From Cyanophora paradoxa CCMP329 (taxonomy: Eukaryota; Plantae; Glaucophyta), in contig QPMI01000519.1 in the NCBI GenBank assembly GCA_004431415.1, positions 1 to 64,000 of the forward strand: a stretch of 64,000 bases of DNA, written 5' to 3'. The first letter of the stretch is position 1. Every line of letters starts with the position of its first letter. Below, piece by piece: positions 34,247 through 47,600 of the stretch. The position numbers were made by a program, and so were the translations under genes. The notes beneath the pieces are model-generated. The model made no database searches, was not told the DNA's origin, and saw nothing but the letters and a program-made list of their open reading frames with translations.

Positions 34247-37200
34247 ATGGATGCGGACGAGCGCCCGCCTCCGGAGCCGAATGCGGGTCCTTCCTCAGTG
34301 GACGACGACGCAGTGAGGGCGGCGGCCGATGCAATACTCTCAACGTTCCAGCTCCCGGTGGCCATGCTCGGGGCGAGCGTTGTCGCTAAACTGTTCTCCG
34401 CTGGCTATACGGAGCGCGACGCGGCAATCAAGTCCGTGGACGGCATGGTGAAGAAGATGGAGCTGCTCCCGAAGGGCAATGTCCTGTTTCCGGGGTCCGT
34501 GCCGCCGCCGTCCAGTCGGCTCCGGGTTTTGAATGCTGAGGCCGGCGCAGCGGCATCCCGCAGGAGAGGGACCTCGTCGTGCGGGCGCTGCTGCAGGTTC
34601 GCTCGCACGCGCGCGCATGCGGCGCGGCGGTGCTGCGGCGCGGCCGGCCGGCGTCCGAGGGCGCGGGGGCGGCAGGTGTGCGAGAAGGGCCTCGGGGACG
34701 AGGTGGACAAGGTGGCGGCGCGGGCGATGCACCTGGCGCGGACGATCGCCTCGTGCTTCACGGCGCGCATCAAGCGCGACCCCGACGCCCGCCTCGCCGC
34801 CGTCATCGAGCGCCTCTTCGCGAAGGCCCGCTGCGCCCGCGCCGCGAGCCGGGCGGCCCGCCGCTGACCTCGCGCATGGCGCGCAGGCCGGCAACTCCAA
34901 GCTGCTGACGATGGCCGAGGAGACGCTGAACCACATGGCCTCGCAGCCCGTGCGGCCGCCCCCGCCCGCCCGCCGGCCCGCCGGCCCGCCGCCGACCGCC
35001 CGCCCCCGCGGCGCGCGCAGAGCGTGGGGCACGGCCCCGTGGCGTGGGCGGCGACGGCCCCGCCCAGCGAGCCCTCGGCGCCGTGGCGCTCGACGGTGTG
35101 CAGGCTGCGCGTGGCGTCGCGGCTCGTCGCGGCGCACGGGCTGGGCCCCGAGGCCGGCTCCCCGCTCTCCCTCCACCGCCTCTTCGCCCTCTGCGCCTCC
35201 GGCCTCACGGTCCGCCCCCCCGCCTCGCCTCCCTTCTGCTCGGCGGCCGAGGCGCGCGGGCAGCACGCGCACGCGGAGGTGCGGGCGGCGGCGGTGGAGT
35301 CGACGCTGGCGCTGTACGGGGTCGCGCGGAGCGAGCTGGTGCCGCTGCTGCAGGGCCTGCAGCTCAAGCAGGCCGTCCAGGAGGCCCTCAGCGCCGGCAT
35401 CGCCCGCGCCGAGGTCGAGCGGCGGGGCCTCGCCGTCCCCGCCAAGCCCCCCAAGCTCGAGCTCGGCAAGCTGGCGGCCGGCGGCGGGGGCGAGGGCCCC
35501 GAGGGCTCGCAGACCGCCACGACGGCGGCGGGGGGCCTCGCCAAGGCCTCCTCCCGGCCCCCGGGGGCCCTGCCGCGAGCCAGCGGACCGCGGCGGCGAC
35601 GACGACGGCGCGGAGCGCGGCCGGCGAGGCGCGGGAGAAGCTGCCCCGGAAGCCCTCGTTCCTCTCCGCCGAGGCCCTCGCCGCCGCCGAGGCCGCCGCC
35701 ATCGAGGCCGGCGCCGCGGCCGCGGCGACGCCAGCGGCGGGGCCTTCGGAGGGCGCGGCGGCGCCGGGGCGGGGAGCGTGCTGGCGAGCTACCTGCAGCA
35801 GCAGGGCGCGGGGCCGAGCCAGGCGTCGGGCCCGCTGGAGCCCCTCGCGCGGGACTTTGCCGCGCTGCGGCTGAAGGTCGCCCCGGGGGGCCGCATCACC
35901 CCGGAGCTCCTCGTCTGCTCCGTCGCCACGCCCCCGCACCCCGTGCGCCCCCCGCCGCTGCCCCGCGGTCGCCCGCGCCCGGCCCGACGCGGGCGCGCGC
36001 AGTCGGAGGCGGCCGACAAGTTCCTGGCGCGCGCCACGCACCTCTCCCTCAACGACAAGCGCATCGAGCAGATCGTGCGGCTCTGTTTAGACCTTTTGAC
36101 ACCCAGGAGGGCCTGCGAGAGCCTGACGGGGCGGGGGCCAGAGCGGGCTGCGGGCGTGCCCGGCGCTGCAGGTGCTCTACCTGTACGACAACCTGATCCA
36201 GCGGGTCGAGGGGCTCGACGGCCTCTCGCGGGTGACCAAGCTCTACCTGCAGGGCAACAGCATCTCCCGCATGGAGGGCCTCTCCGGCCTGCCCCTCCTC
36301 ACCGCCCTCCACCTCGACAAGAACTGCATACCCCGCCTCGAGGGCCTCGAGAACTGCCTCGCCCTCGAGGAGCTCTCCCTCAGCGGCCAGCGCCTGCCCC
36401 CGGGCGTCCGCTTCACCTTCGAGCGCGCCTCCCTCCTCGCCATCTCGGTACCCCCCGCCACCCGTGCCCCACCCCCCGCCGACGGACCCGCCCCCAGGAG
36501 TCGCTCGTGAGCCTCGAGTGCGCCGGCAACAACGCCTGCGACGTCCGCCCGGCCCAGCCTTCCTTTCGACCCCGTACCCCTCTGGAATCACAACCCCCCC
36601 TGCAGATCTCAGCCCTGTCGGCGCTGAGGCGTGTGGAGACATTGAACCTCGCGCGGAACGGCGTCGACGACCTCGAGGCGCGCCGTACCCCCTCCTTATC
36701 CACCCCTCGCCCTTGCCCGGCGCTGACGGGGGCGCGGGGGGCCGGACAGGGCGCGCTGCAGGGGCTGGAGGGATGCCGGTCCGTGCGGCGCCTGTGCCTG
36801 CAGGGGAGCCCCGTCGCCCACGAGCGGCACTACCGCGAGAACGTCGTCGTCGCCTGCCCCTCCCTCGGTGCCCCGCGCCCCCCGCGAGGCGCCCGGCGCC
36901 CGCGTGACACCCGGGGGGCAGAGGAGCTGGACGAGCGGGAGATCACGCCGCAGGAGCGCCAGTTCGCGACGCGGCTGCAGGGCGAGCGCCTCAGGCGGGC
37001 CGCCACCACCCACGCGCGCCACACCAGGCCCGCCCCGGCCCCCGCCCCCGTCTTGGCCCCGCCCGGGTGCCTTTCGCTGAGGCCGGGCCACCCAGGGCGG
37101 ACCCCCGGAGGGTACAGCACGACGAGCTCGAGCCCGGGCACGTGCCCGGCCCCTCCTCCGCCCCCTCCTCCAGCGAGGCCACCGTGCGCCGTACCCCCCT

Positions 37201-37487
37201 CCTGCGCCCGGTCCGCGGCCGACGGGAGGCCGCACCCCGCCTGCGCAGGGCCGGCGGCAGCGATCCAACTCGCTGCCGCGCCCCGCCCCGAGCGCCCCCG
37301 TCGCGGTCCCCGCGGGGCTCCGCGGGCCCGCCCCCGGCGCCTCCAGCGCCGCCAACCTGTACCCCGCCACCTACCACCCCCTCCCCGGCAGCCTCGGGGC
37401 CGTCCCCGCCCCCCGGCCCCTGGTCCAGAGGGCGAGGTCCTTCAGCGGGTAGGGCCCAACCCCGCGGAGCCGCTGTTTTCTGGCTGA
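34247..37487 (+). CDS. N-terminal TOG/HEAT domain plus PPP1R42(LRRC67)-like SDS22 LRR protein, multi-exon
   Basis: HEAT-like exons (KLFSAGYTERDAAI, LGDEVDKV, HAHAEVRAAAV). Then THLSLNDKRIEQI, LQVLYLYDNLIQRVEGL, KLYLQGNSISRMEGL, LEELSLSGQRLPPG..FTFE..SL.AIS, and LRR cap YRENVVVACPSL/EELDEREIT. Confidence 0.75.
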
Positions 37488-38625
37488 CGGGCGGGGCAGG
37501 AGCCGGGGCCGCTCGAACTCCGGGAAGGGCGCCGCGGCGTCGGGGCGGCCCGGCTTCGGGGACGGGGGCCTCTACGAGCTCGGGTAGCGCTGGTCGGGCA
37601 CCCATTGCCCCCGAAAGAGTCTCCCGCCTTTCGCGCGTACGCCAGCACGGTTCTACCGCTGCATGCGTTAGCTACGATACGAATTCAAATCGCCCAAATC
37701 GCCCGCCGGGCCGGAACTTCGCCCGCGCCCGAAGCACGGCGCCGGCGCCCTTCAAATCGAACTTCAAATCGGCGCCGGCGCCCGCCCGAAGCACGTTCCC
37801 CGAACTTCGCGCCGCGGAACTTGGATTCGGAATTCGAACCCGGGAAATGCGCAGTGCATGCATATGGCACTGATGGCAGTGATGGCACATTGGCAGTGAA
37901 TTTGGCACTGTGCGCATGCATGCCGCAGTGCGCAGTGCGCACGGCGATTCCGATATCGATGATTCCGATCATCGAACGGGTGCCGAGGCAGCGCCTGATT
38001 GGCTGGGAGGCCGAGACTCAGCGAGCTCCGAGTCCGAGCCTCAAGAGCCCTCTACCCCGGCGCCGGCGGCGCGGGACCCGAGTGCTAGTGATGAGCTAAG
38101 CCTTGAAGGCGACATTTGCAATTGGAACATCCTATAGCTGGCCTCTGAACAGCTTAGCTTGTTGGAGCTCCCTCTCGAAGGCGCCGGCAGCTAACAATTG
38201 CAAGATTTCGATCGATATCCGCGATCCGGCCGCGGGAGCGGCGAAGGCGGAGCGGCGAAAGCGCACGAGGACGCTGAAGTAGAAGAGAACGACTACCGGG
38301 TTGAAGGTGCGCGGAAGTCGCCTTGCGCCCATGCCAGAACGTACGCGTGATTCAAGCCGCGCATGATCTCACGCCTTTCTCGCAGCCGGCGTTCCAGTGT
38401 GCCAGGAGGCACAATTTTACGTCTCTGAACGCCACGAACGCGCTCAGCAGCTGGATCAACGCCAGGCGCTGAAACCCGGAGCTCTCCGGATCCCGCGCGC
38501 GAGCTCGAAATTAAAGACGTGCGTCGCCTTGCGCACGCGAGGGCGTGCGGCGCTGCTTACTTCGGGCACGCTTCCAGATTATAGATTATGAGGCTTTGAG
38601 GAGAGAATCCGGCCGCGGTTCGGCC

Positions 38626-41600
38626 ATGCCTCCCGAGGCGGTCGGCGGCGCGGCGCTCGCGCCGGCGCCGCCGACCGTCATCCCGCTCTTCGGCGACGCT
38701 GGGCCGGACGTGGACCAGGCTGTTGCCGCTGCGCCCGCGGCTTCGGCTGCGGCGGGGGGGCGTGCGCCCCCGCTCCAGGCCACGCTCCGCTACAAGCGCT
38801 CCGGCTCCATCGCCGCGGCCACCGCGGCCGCGGCAGCTTCGGCCCTTGGCCTCGGATCTGGCCATGCGGGCTCGCCCGGGTCGCCCCCGCTCAAGCCGGC
38901 CGCCCCCGCCTCCGGGAAAGCGGAGCGGGGGGCGGCGGCGGGTCCCTTCGACTCGATCAACGCGTTCGTGCCGCGGGCGGTGACGGACTTCTGCGCGGGG
39001 CGGCGCCTCCCCTCGAACGCCCTCCCCGCCGTCGTTGCGCTCCTCGACATCTCCGGCACGCCCCAGCCCGCCCGCCCGCCCCGCCTTCCAACCCCCCCCT
39101 CCCCCTCCCCCCCCCAACCCCCCAACCCTCCCCCCCCTTCCCCCTCCTTCCCCCCCGGCTCGCCTGGTTTGGTTGGGCTGGGGGTCTGAGGCGGGGCGGG
39201 GGCAGGCTTCAGCGCGCTGTGCGAGCAGTACAACGGGGAGGACGCGTCGATCGAGGAGCTCTGCCTCCTCATCAACGGCTGCTTCAGCAGGGAGATCGCC
39301 GTCGTCGAGGGTGCGCTCCCCTTGGCCTCAGCGTGGAGCGCGCTGAGCGAGGGCGGGTCGGGCGGGGGCAGCCTTTGGGGGCGAGATCGTCTCGTTCATG
39401 GGGGACGGTCTGCTCGTCTACTGGCCCTCCATCCCCGACCCCCGCCAGGCCCCCGGGGCGCCCGACGCCCCCGGGGCCGCCGCGGGGCCCGAGACGGGCC
39501 CCGCTGAAGGTCCGCTGGAGGCCGCGCTGCTGCTGTGAGTGCGGCCGGGCGCCCTCTGACTAAGGGCACCGGCGCGCAGGCTCGGATTCGGAGGACGGGG
39601 CGCCGGACCTCGCCCTCCTCGCCGCGCGGGCCGTGCTCTGCGGTGCGCGCGGGGCGGGGCTCGGGGCGGGGCGGGGCGGGCCGATCGGGGGCGGGGCGGG
39701 CGGCGGCGGGCAGGGCTGCGGGTGCAGGAGGTGTTCGCGCAGGCGGCGACGCGGACGCGCCTCGGCGGCGGCGACGTCCGCCTCAAAATCGCCATCGCCT
39801 GCGGCGAGTTCCAGGGTGCGCGATTTCCCTCGAATTTCAGATCGGATCTCTCATTATAATGGCTCGAGCAGAGTACCACGTCGGATCGGCGGGCGGAGCG
39901 GGGCGGCGGCGCTGGCGGAGGCGCGGGCGGCGCGGGCCGACCCGCGGGGCCGCGAAGGCGGCGGCGGCGGCGGCGGCGTCGCGGCTGCCGCGCTCGGCGT
40001 CGTGGGGGCGGGATGGGGGAAGGCGGCAGCAGCGGATGCAGAGCGGGCTGCGGGACCTCGCCGGCAACGTCATACCGGGGCGGATGACGTACTTCATCGG
40101 GGGCCCCGCCATCCACGAGGCCGGCGAGCAGCTCGCCCGCTGCCGCCCCGGCGAGACCGCCGCCTGCGCCTCCGTCCTCCGCTACCTCCCCGCGCCGCCC
40201 TTGCCGCCCGGACCCCGGCCCCGCGGCGCGCCCCTCCGGCCCCGCGCCGCCGCCGCGCCGGCTCCGTCGCCTCGGTGGCCAGCAGCCAGGCGACCGCGCG
40301 TGAGGAGGCGCACCTGCACCGCCCGCCGTGCGCGCCCCGCCCCGCCCCTCGCTCGCCCCGGCGCTTCCCGACGCTGGGCGGCAGGGCGCGGAGGAGGGCC
40401 GCGGGGGCGGGCTGGTCGGGTGCTGCTGGCGGGGGCGGTCTGGAGGCGGCGCTCTCCGGGGCCCGCAGGGCGCGCACGGCCGCCGCCGCGGCTCCGTCGC
40501 CTCCTCCGTCGCCTCCTCCGCCGTCAGCTCCGTCGCCTCCTCCTCGACCGGGCCCGGCCCCGCGGGGCCCCCCGCCGCCTCCGTGCCCCCCGAGGCCCGC
40601 CCGCAGCTCCTCTCCTGGGTCGAGTCCCGCTACGGTCCCGCCGCCCTCGCCGCCCTCGCCGGCCTCGACTCGGCCTCCCCCGCCCCCGCCTGCCTCGCCG
40701 GCTGCGCCTCGGAGGGCGCGGCGGGGGCGGCGGTTGCGGCGGAGGTGGACGGGGCGGGGGCGCCCCCCGTCTGCGTGCTCGGCTCCTTCACCTCGCGGGG
40801 GGACTCCTCCCCGGCCCCGGGCTCCCCCTCCGCGGCAGGCGGCACCGCCTCCCGCCCCGACTCCCTCGGTGTCGCCGCAGCCGCAGCCGCGGCTGCGGCC
40901 GCAGCGGCAGCGGCGGCCTCGGCGGCCTCCGCTTTGGCTTCTGGGGGCCCCCGCGGGGCTCGCACCCGAACGGCGTCGATCCTGGACGCCCTGCAGTCCC
41001 GCGACGAGGGGACCCTCCTCTACATTCCCTACACCGTGCCCGCGCCTTGTCTTCTACTTAGCTCAAACCAAACCATTTAGTTTAAAGCATACCTTCCCAG
41101 TTGGCTTAGCTTCGCCTCGCTTAAGTTCGCTTCGTTCTCGAAGCCGGCTCCGAGCTTCGCTCGCAGGTGCGGGCGCGCCTGGCGGAGATCGCGGAGCTCG
41201 GCCGCTCCGAGAGCTTCGACGCCCTCCAGGTGCCCCGTGCCCCCCCACGAGGTTCCGCGACCTCATCCCGGCGTAACCCCCTCCCCAGTACGTCTCGGAG
41301 TTCCGATCCGTGACGGTCCTCTTCGTCAAGCTCGACGGTGCCGTACCCCTCCTCGGCCTCCTTTTTGTCTTGCAACCCACGGGTTTCGCCGCAGGCCTGC
41401 GGATGGAGCAGGAGTCTGTACAGCACACCGCAAAGACGCTTCAGGTAATTCCCCCCCACCCCCACCCCCACCCCATCCCCCCCACCCCACCCCCAAACCC
41501 CCCCCCCCTCCTTTTTAAAATCCGTGACCCCGGCCGCAGGCGGTCCTGTACTCCCACGAGGGCTCCCTACGCCAGATCCTCCTCGACGACAAGGTGAACA

Positions 41601-41643
41601 CGTACCCCTACCCTGACGGCGTCCCCCTACCCCCTAATTTGAG

Positions 41644-41683
<40 letters not shown>

Positions 41684-44600
41684 CTCGCGCAGGGCCTGGT
41701 GCTGATCGGGGTCTTCGGGCTGTGGCCCGTGGCGCACGAGGACGACCCCGTCCGGGGTACCGCCTGCGGTGACTGATTCTCTTCTACTGCCCCTGCCCCA
41801 TTTCTTTCCCCCGTACCGGGGTAACGAGAATCCCCCGTAGCGCTGGATATGAAGGCGGCGCTGGAGGCAGACGGGATACGCTGCTCCATCGGCATCGTGC
41901 GCCGTGTACCCCCTTCGATATTCCTCCTCCCGTTTCCCATAAAACGTGTACCCAGACCACCGGGCTTGTTTACTGCACTTTCGTCGGTAGTTCCTCCCGA
42001 CAGGAGTACAGGTCTGTGCTCCTTTTTTCTGTACCCCGCATTCTTGTCCGCTTAGCAGTACCCCCCCTTCAGTGTTTTCGGGACCGTCGTCAACACCGCG
42101 GTCCGTCCGCCTCTCCCTCACCCCGTACCCCCGTGACTCCAATAGCAGGCTCGGCTGATGGCCAAGTCGAACGGATCGGTTCTCTGCGACGAAAAGACGC
42201 ACGCTAGCTGCGCCTCCCAGCTCCAGATGGAGCCAGCGGGGTACGCGTTTCGAATCCTTTAGGGTACCCTATTTCCGTTCTCACTCGGGCTGGCGCAGAA
42301 CGTTCGCGCTGAAGGGGGTACAGGGCCCCGTGGCGGCCTTCCGCCCCGTCGGCCTCCGCGACTCGGTGGCGGTGGCCGTACCCCCGGCGTCCCCTCCCCC
42401 CGCCGCCTCGCGGGACCGCGGCGGCGGCGCAAAAGCGAAGGGATCGGCGGCGGCCTCGGAGGCGGGGCCGGGGCTGGGGGGCCGCCGCCTCTCTCTCCAG
42501 ATGGGGCCCGAGCCGGGGCCCCCCGAGCGCATCGTCGTGGGCCGCGAGGAAGAGGTACACCTCCCCTCCTCTCCGGTCCTTTCTGGGCCGAGCGGGCGGG
42601 GCGCGGGGCAGGTGCAGGCGATCGACGGGGCGCTGCGGCGACTGCTGGCGGACGAGGACCCCGAGAGCTTTCGCCACGCCACGCACCGCTCCGGCCCCGC
42701 GGCAGCGGCGACGGCACGGACGGGGGTGACGCACGCGACGGGCGCCCCCGCCGCCTCCTCCCTCGTTCTCCTCGAGGCCCCCTCCGGCATGGGTCCGCCC
42801 TCCTGCGGCCCCGCGACCCCCGCCTTCCCACTCTCGAACCTGAGCCGCGGGGGCGGGGCAGGCAAGAGCGCGCTGGTGCAGTACGCGGCTTCGGCGGCGC
42901 GGCGGCTGAACGTGGCGGTGGCGGCCTCGTCGGCGGCGGCGCTGCTCGCCCGGCAGCCCCTCGCCGCCTGGCGCGGCGTCTTCCAGCAGCTCTTTCCCCT
43001 CGGCCTCCTCCAGGCCCGCCGCCCCGCTCGTATCCGGTCCGATCCGACCTGAGCCGCGGCCTCAGATGGGCGCCTTCGCGGCGGGGAGCGACGCGGAGGC
43101 GCTCGCGGTCCTCGCGGGGCTCCTCCACGTGCGCCGTACCCCCCGCCTGTCCCTTCCCCCCTCTCGCTTACCGGGGGGGCACGCAGCTCGAAGGGGCGAG
43201 CGGGGCGCCGGCGGCGCGGGCGGCGGCGCTGCAGGCGCTGAACGCGGCGTCGGGGGGTACGGGAGCGGGCCCCGACCCCAGCCGCGAGCGGCGCAAGTCG
43301 CGGCTCGAGTGGCACGCGATCGGCCCGCCGGTCGTGAGCGCCCCGCCCTCGGCCCGCCGCGCAAGCCTCGTCGTCACCCCCGCCGGGGGCGGGCCCGGCT
43401 CCCCGCTCGGCCTGCTCCCCGCCGCCCCGCGGGAGAGCACGGGCGGCATCGCCGGCATGCGCTCGCTGCGCGGCCGGATAAGCCCGGAGGCGGCGGAGGG
43501 GGAGGCCGGGCCGCCCGGGGGCCACTCGCCCATCGGGAGCCCCGTCGGCGCCGGCCTGCCCCGCCAGGGCTCCTTCGGGAGCCCCAAGGGGCGCCCCGCC
43601 TTCCCGCCCGTGCCGCCGCGCACCCCGAACGGGAACCCCGCCGGCGCCGGCGCCCCGGCGCCTGTTTCGCTCCTGCAGCGCTCCTTCGAGCGCGCGCCGC
43701 TTGCGGCGCCCCCCGCGGGGCTGCAGCGCTCCTTCGGGAGCGCGCAGGTGCCGCCCTCGGACGGAGAGGCCGGGCAGGGCGAGGGCGGGGCCGGCCCAGC
43801 GGCGTCTCCACGCGGGCGGCCTTCGCCCCGCGCCCGCGCCTCGCGAACTTCGCGCGCGCCGTCCGCAACTCTCTCATCGTGCGCCTCGCCCCCGCCCGCG
43901 CCCCCGTCTGAGCTCGCCGCGCTGACGGGCGCTGGGGGCGGGCGGGGGCAGTGGACGGAGGTGCCGCAGGCGGAGCTGGTGCAGCGGGACTCGCCCGCGG
44001 CGACGGCCCCGGGCTCGCCCCCGCTCACCGGCCGCGCCTCCGCCGAGGGCGACGGGTGGGGCCTCAGCCCCGGACCCCGCCGCTCCGCCCCGGCGAGCCC
44101 GACGGGGTGGGCGGGGGCGGGCCCGCGGGGGCCGGCTCGGAGGGCGCGAGCAACGCCGCCGCCCCCTCGCGCCGGGCCTCGGTCGACCGCGGGAGGGCGG
44201 CGCCCCCCGCGGCCGGCCTGCCGTCGCAGTCGGCCTCGTTCCAGCGGCGGCTGGCGGGCGCGGGGACTCCTCGGGCGGGGCCGCCGGGGAGGAGGGCCGG
44301 CGGGCACTGGCGGGGGCCGGGCGCGGCAGCGGAGCGAGGCGGCGCTGCTCTCGCCGGCGGCGCGGGGGCGGCAGGGGCGGCACGGCTCGACCGCCTCCCG
44401 CTTCTCCGCCCTCTCCCGCCGCACCTCCCTCTCCTCCCGCGCCGTGCGACCGCGCCCGCCCCAGCGAGCGCGCAGGGGCCCTCTCCCGCCCCCGCCTGAC
44501 GCGGGGGACAGTCCTCGGGGGTGAGCGGGGAGAACGACCGCTCGGCGGAGGTCCGCGCCCGCAGCCTCCGCGCCCTCCTCGTCAAGGCCCGCTCCCCGCC

Positions 44601-47600
44601 CCGCCCCGGCCCCTGGAATGCTGAGCGCTCGGCGCAGATCCTGCTGCAGCGGGCGGCGCACGGGCGGCCGCTCCTCCTCCTCCTCGACGACATGCACAAC
44701 GCGCGCCCGCCCCCGACGTCTCCCCCGTCGCCGCCTCTGACGCCCGCCGCGCAGGCCGACTCGCAGAGCTGGGCGGCGCTGACGGACCTGGCGGGGGCCC
44801 TCCCCGAGCACCCCGCCAGCAAGCTCGCCATTGTCGTCTCCGCCCGGCCCCCGGCCCCGGCCCCGGCGCCCTCCGCGGCTCCTCGGCTCGAGGAGGCCCC
44901 GCGGGCGCTGCTGCACCCGGCGGCGGCGGCGCAGCACAGCCTCGCGCAGCTGCGGCGGCTGCCGGAGAGCATCCTCTCGGCGTTCGCGCTGGGGCCGATG
45001 CGGGAGGGGGACGCGGAGGACCTGGCGGCGATGACCCTCGGCGCCTGGCACATCCCCCGCGCCCTCTCCGACTTCGTCTACGCCCAGGCCCGACCCTCCC
45101 CTTTCGCCTCGGATTTGCGGCTCATGAGCCCGACCTAGCCGCTCTAGCTCTAGCATGGAGTGATCATAAAATCGGATTTCGCTGATATCGCCGACTCGGC
45201 CTCGCTGACCCCACGCGGCAGACCTCGGGGATCCCGTTCTTCGTTGTGGAGCTCGTGCGCACGCTCCGCGACGAGGGCTACCTCGCCGTCGACCCGGGGG
45301 GCGGGTCCGCACGCCCCCGCCGCCACCTCCGAGCTCGCCGCTCTTTGTTCGGACGTGACGCGCCCCCGCGGCCGCGGCCAGGTGCCGGCTGCTGAAGACG
45401 CTGCGGGCGCTGCGGGGGCAGCTGACGGACGCCATCCGCGCCGCCCTCACCGCCCGCCTCGACCGCCTCCCCGCAAGGCAGCCGCCGCCCGCCGCCCGCC
45501 GCCCGCCGCCGGCCCGGCGCTGCCCCGGGTGACTCGGGGCGCAGCGAGACGTTCGCGCTGAAGCTGGCGGCCGTCGTGGGGCCCACCTTCACCAAGGGCT
45601 CCCTCCTCCTCCTCCACCCCTCCGTGGTCCGTGCGGGGAGCAAGCGAATGCAAGCGAGCGAGCTGCTGACGGGGCGCGCCTGCGCTGCAGCGGGCCGGGG
45701 AGCGGACGGCGCGGTCGGCGGGGGAGCTCGTGCTCGCCCTCTCCGCCGCCCTCGACCGCGACCTCTCCGTGCCCGCCCCGCCCGCCCCGCCCCGCCTCTC
45801 AGCCGCGCCCCGCCGTATGACGTCTCGTGCCGCTGCAGTCGCTGCTGAGGGCGGGGATTATCCGCGCCCCGCGGGGCGCCGGCGGGGCCGGCTCGGGCGG
45901 TCCCGGGGCTCGGGGTTCCGGGGCCGGGGGCGGGGGCCCCTCGGGGCTGGCGACGCTGGAGGAGGCGGCCGAGTCGCCGCTCGCCTCCCCCTCGCGGCGC
46001 TCCGAGGGGGCCGAGCCCGACCCCACGGGCGAGGGGGGCGGGGCGCTGGGGGAGGAGGACGAGCTCGAGTTCGCCCACGCCATGATGCACGAGGCGCGCC
46101 CTCCTCACTCGCGCTCAGTCCTGTGCTGCGTCTTCTGACCGGGCCCGCCTCGCCCCGTCTCAGGTGGTGTACGGGCTGCTGCCGGTGGCGGAGCGGCGGC
46201 AGCTCCACCACGCCTTCGCCCTCCACCACGCCCAGGTCCCCCTTCTCGCGCCCGCCCCGAGCTCGCGCCTCTCCCTTTCGAAGTCTTCGAGGGCAGGAGT
46301 ACCTGGAGCTGCGGGCGGGGCGGGCGGCGGGGGCGGGCGGGGCGTGGGGCGCGGGGGCCGGGGGGCCCGAGGGGGACCTCGCCCTCGTCTCCCTCCTCGC
46401 CCACCACTTCCTCGCCGCCGACGACCCCGAGGCCGTGCGCCCCCGCCGCCCCCGCAGCCGGCGCCGAGAAGCGAAGCCGGGCGGGGCGAGGGCGCTGAGG
46501 GGGCGCGGGGCGCAGGCGGGGCCGTACCTGGAGGAGTGCGCGGGGGCGGCGCTCGCCTCCTTCGCCAACGCCGAGGCCCTCCGCCTCTACGAGGACCTCC
46601 TCCGCGCCGGTCCGCCCCCGGCCCCCGCCCCCCGCCCCCCGCCCCTCGCGCCCTCGAGCTCGGGGCCCCTTCTCGACTCGAGCTCGAGCCAGACGCCTCG
46701 CTAAGCGCACCAGGGCCTTTTAATTGCGCTCGCTCCCTCGCTGACCGGCGGCGGCGCAGCGCCCCGGGCGCCGGCCGTGCGCCGGGCCGCGTGGACGCGG
46801 GCCCGCGCCGAGGTCTTCCGCCGCACCGCCCTCTACCCCCAGGTGCCGGGCGCCCCCGCCGCGCGGCCGGCCGGCGGCTCCCGCCTTGCTCCACGTTCGC
46901 TGACGCGCGGGTCCAGGCGGCGGAGGCGTGCGGGCAGGCGCTGGCGCTGCTGGGACGGCCGCTGCCGGCCCCGGGGCTCCCCACCGCCGCCGCTGCCCTC
47001 CTCCTCCGCGCCCGCCTCGCCTTCTTCAAGGTCCGATCGCGAGCCGCGCCCGAACGGGTCGCGCCCGCTCCGGGTCGGTCTGACCGGCGGGGATGGCAGC
47101 CGGGGCGGCTGGTGCAGCTCGGCTTCCCGTCCGGCCGCCGCCCCGAGGAGGAGGCGCCCGCTTTTGACTTCTCCGACCCTTCCTCTCCCGAGCTCGAGGT
47201 CCTCCGCCTTTGAAATACGCTTCTTAAACACTAGCTAGCCCTTTAGAAATCTTACAGGCGCCCTGCCGTTCACTGCCGTTCACGCGGCTGCGCGGCACGC
47301 AGGGGCGCGCGGGGGAGGAGGCGTGCGGGGCGTACCGGATCCTGTGCGAGGCGGCGTACATGACGAACCGCGGGCCCCTGCTCGCCCTCGCCGCCGCCCG
47401 CCTCCTCCTCGCCGCCGCCGGGTCCGCTCCCGCTTCCCTTCTAACCCTCTTTATCTCTTCCTTAGCCCGGCGGCAGGCGGGGCTGCCTGAGCGAGGACCT
47501 GGCGGTGGGGTGCGCCCTCTGGGCGGCCGTGCTGGCGACGGTGCCCTGGGGCAGCCCCGACGCCGCCGCCCAGTTCGCCCAGGCACGCCCCTCTCCTGAA

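Noticed and set aside
37680-37945. Structured RNA or tRNA in a region of short repeats (ttcaaatcg, gcccgaagcacg, tggca[c/g]tga)
   Set aside because: No cloverleaf or recognisable RNA family. It looks like degenerate intergenic simple repeats.
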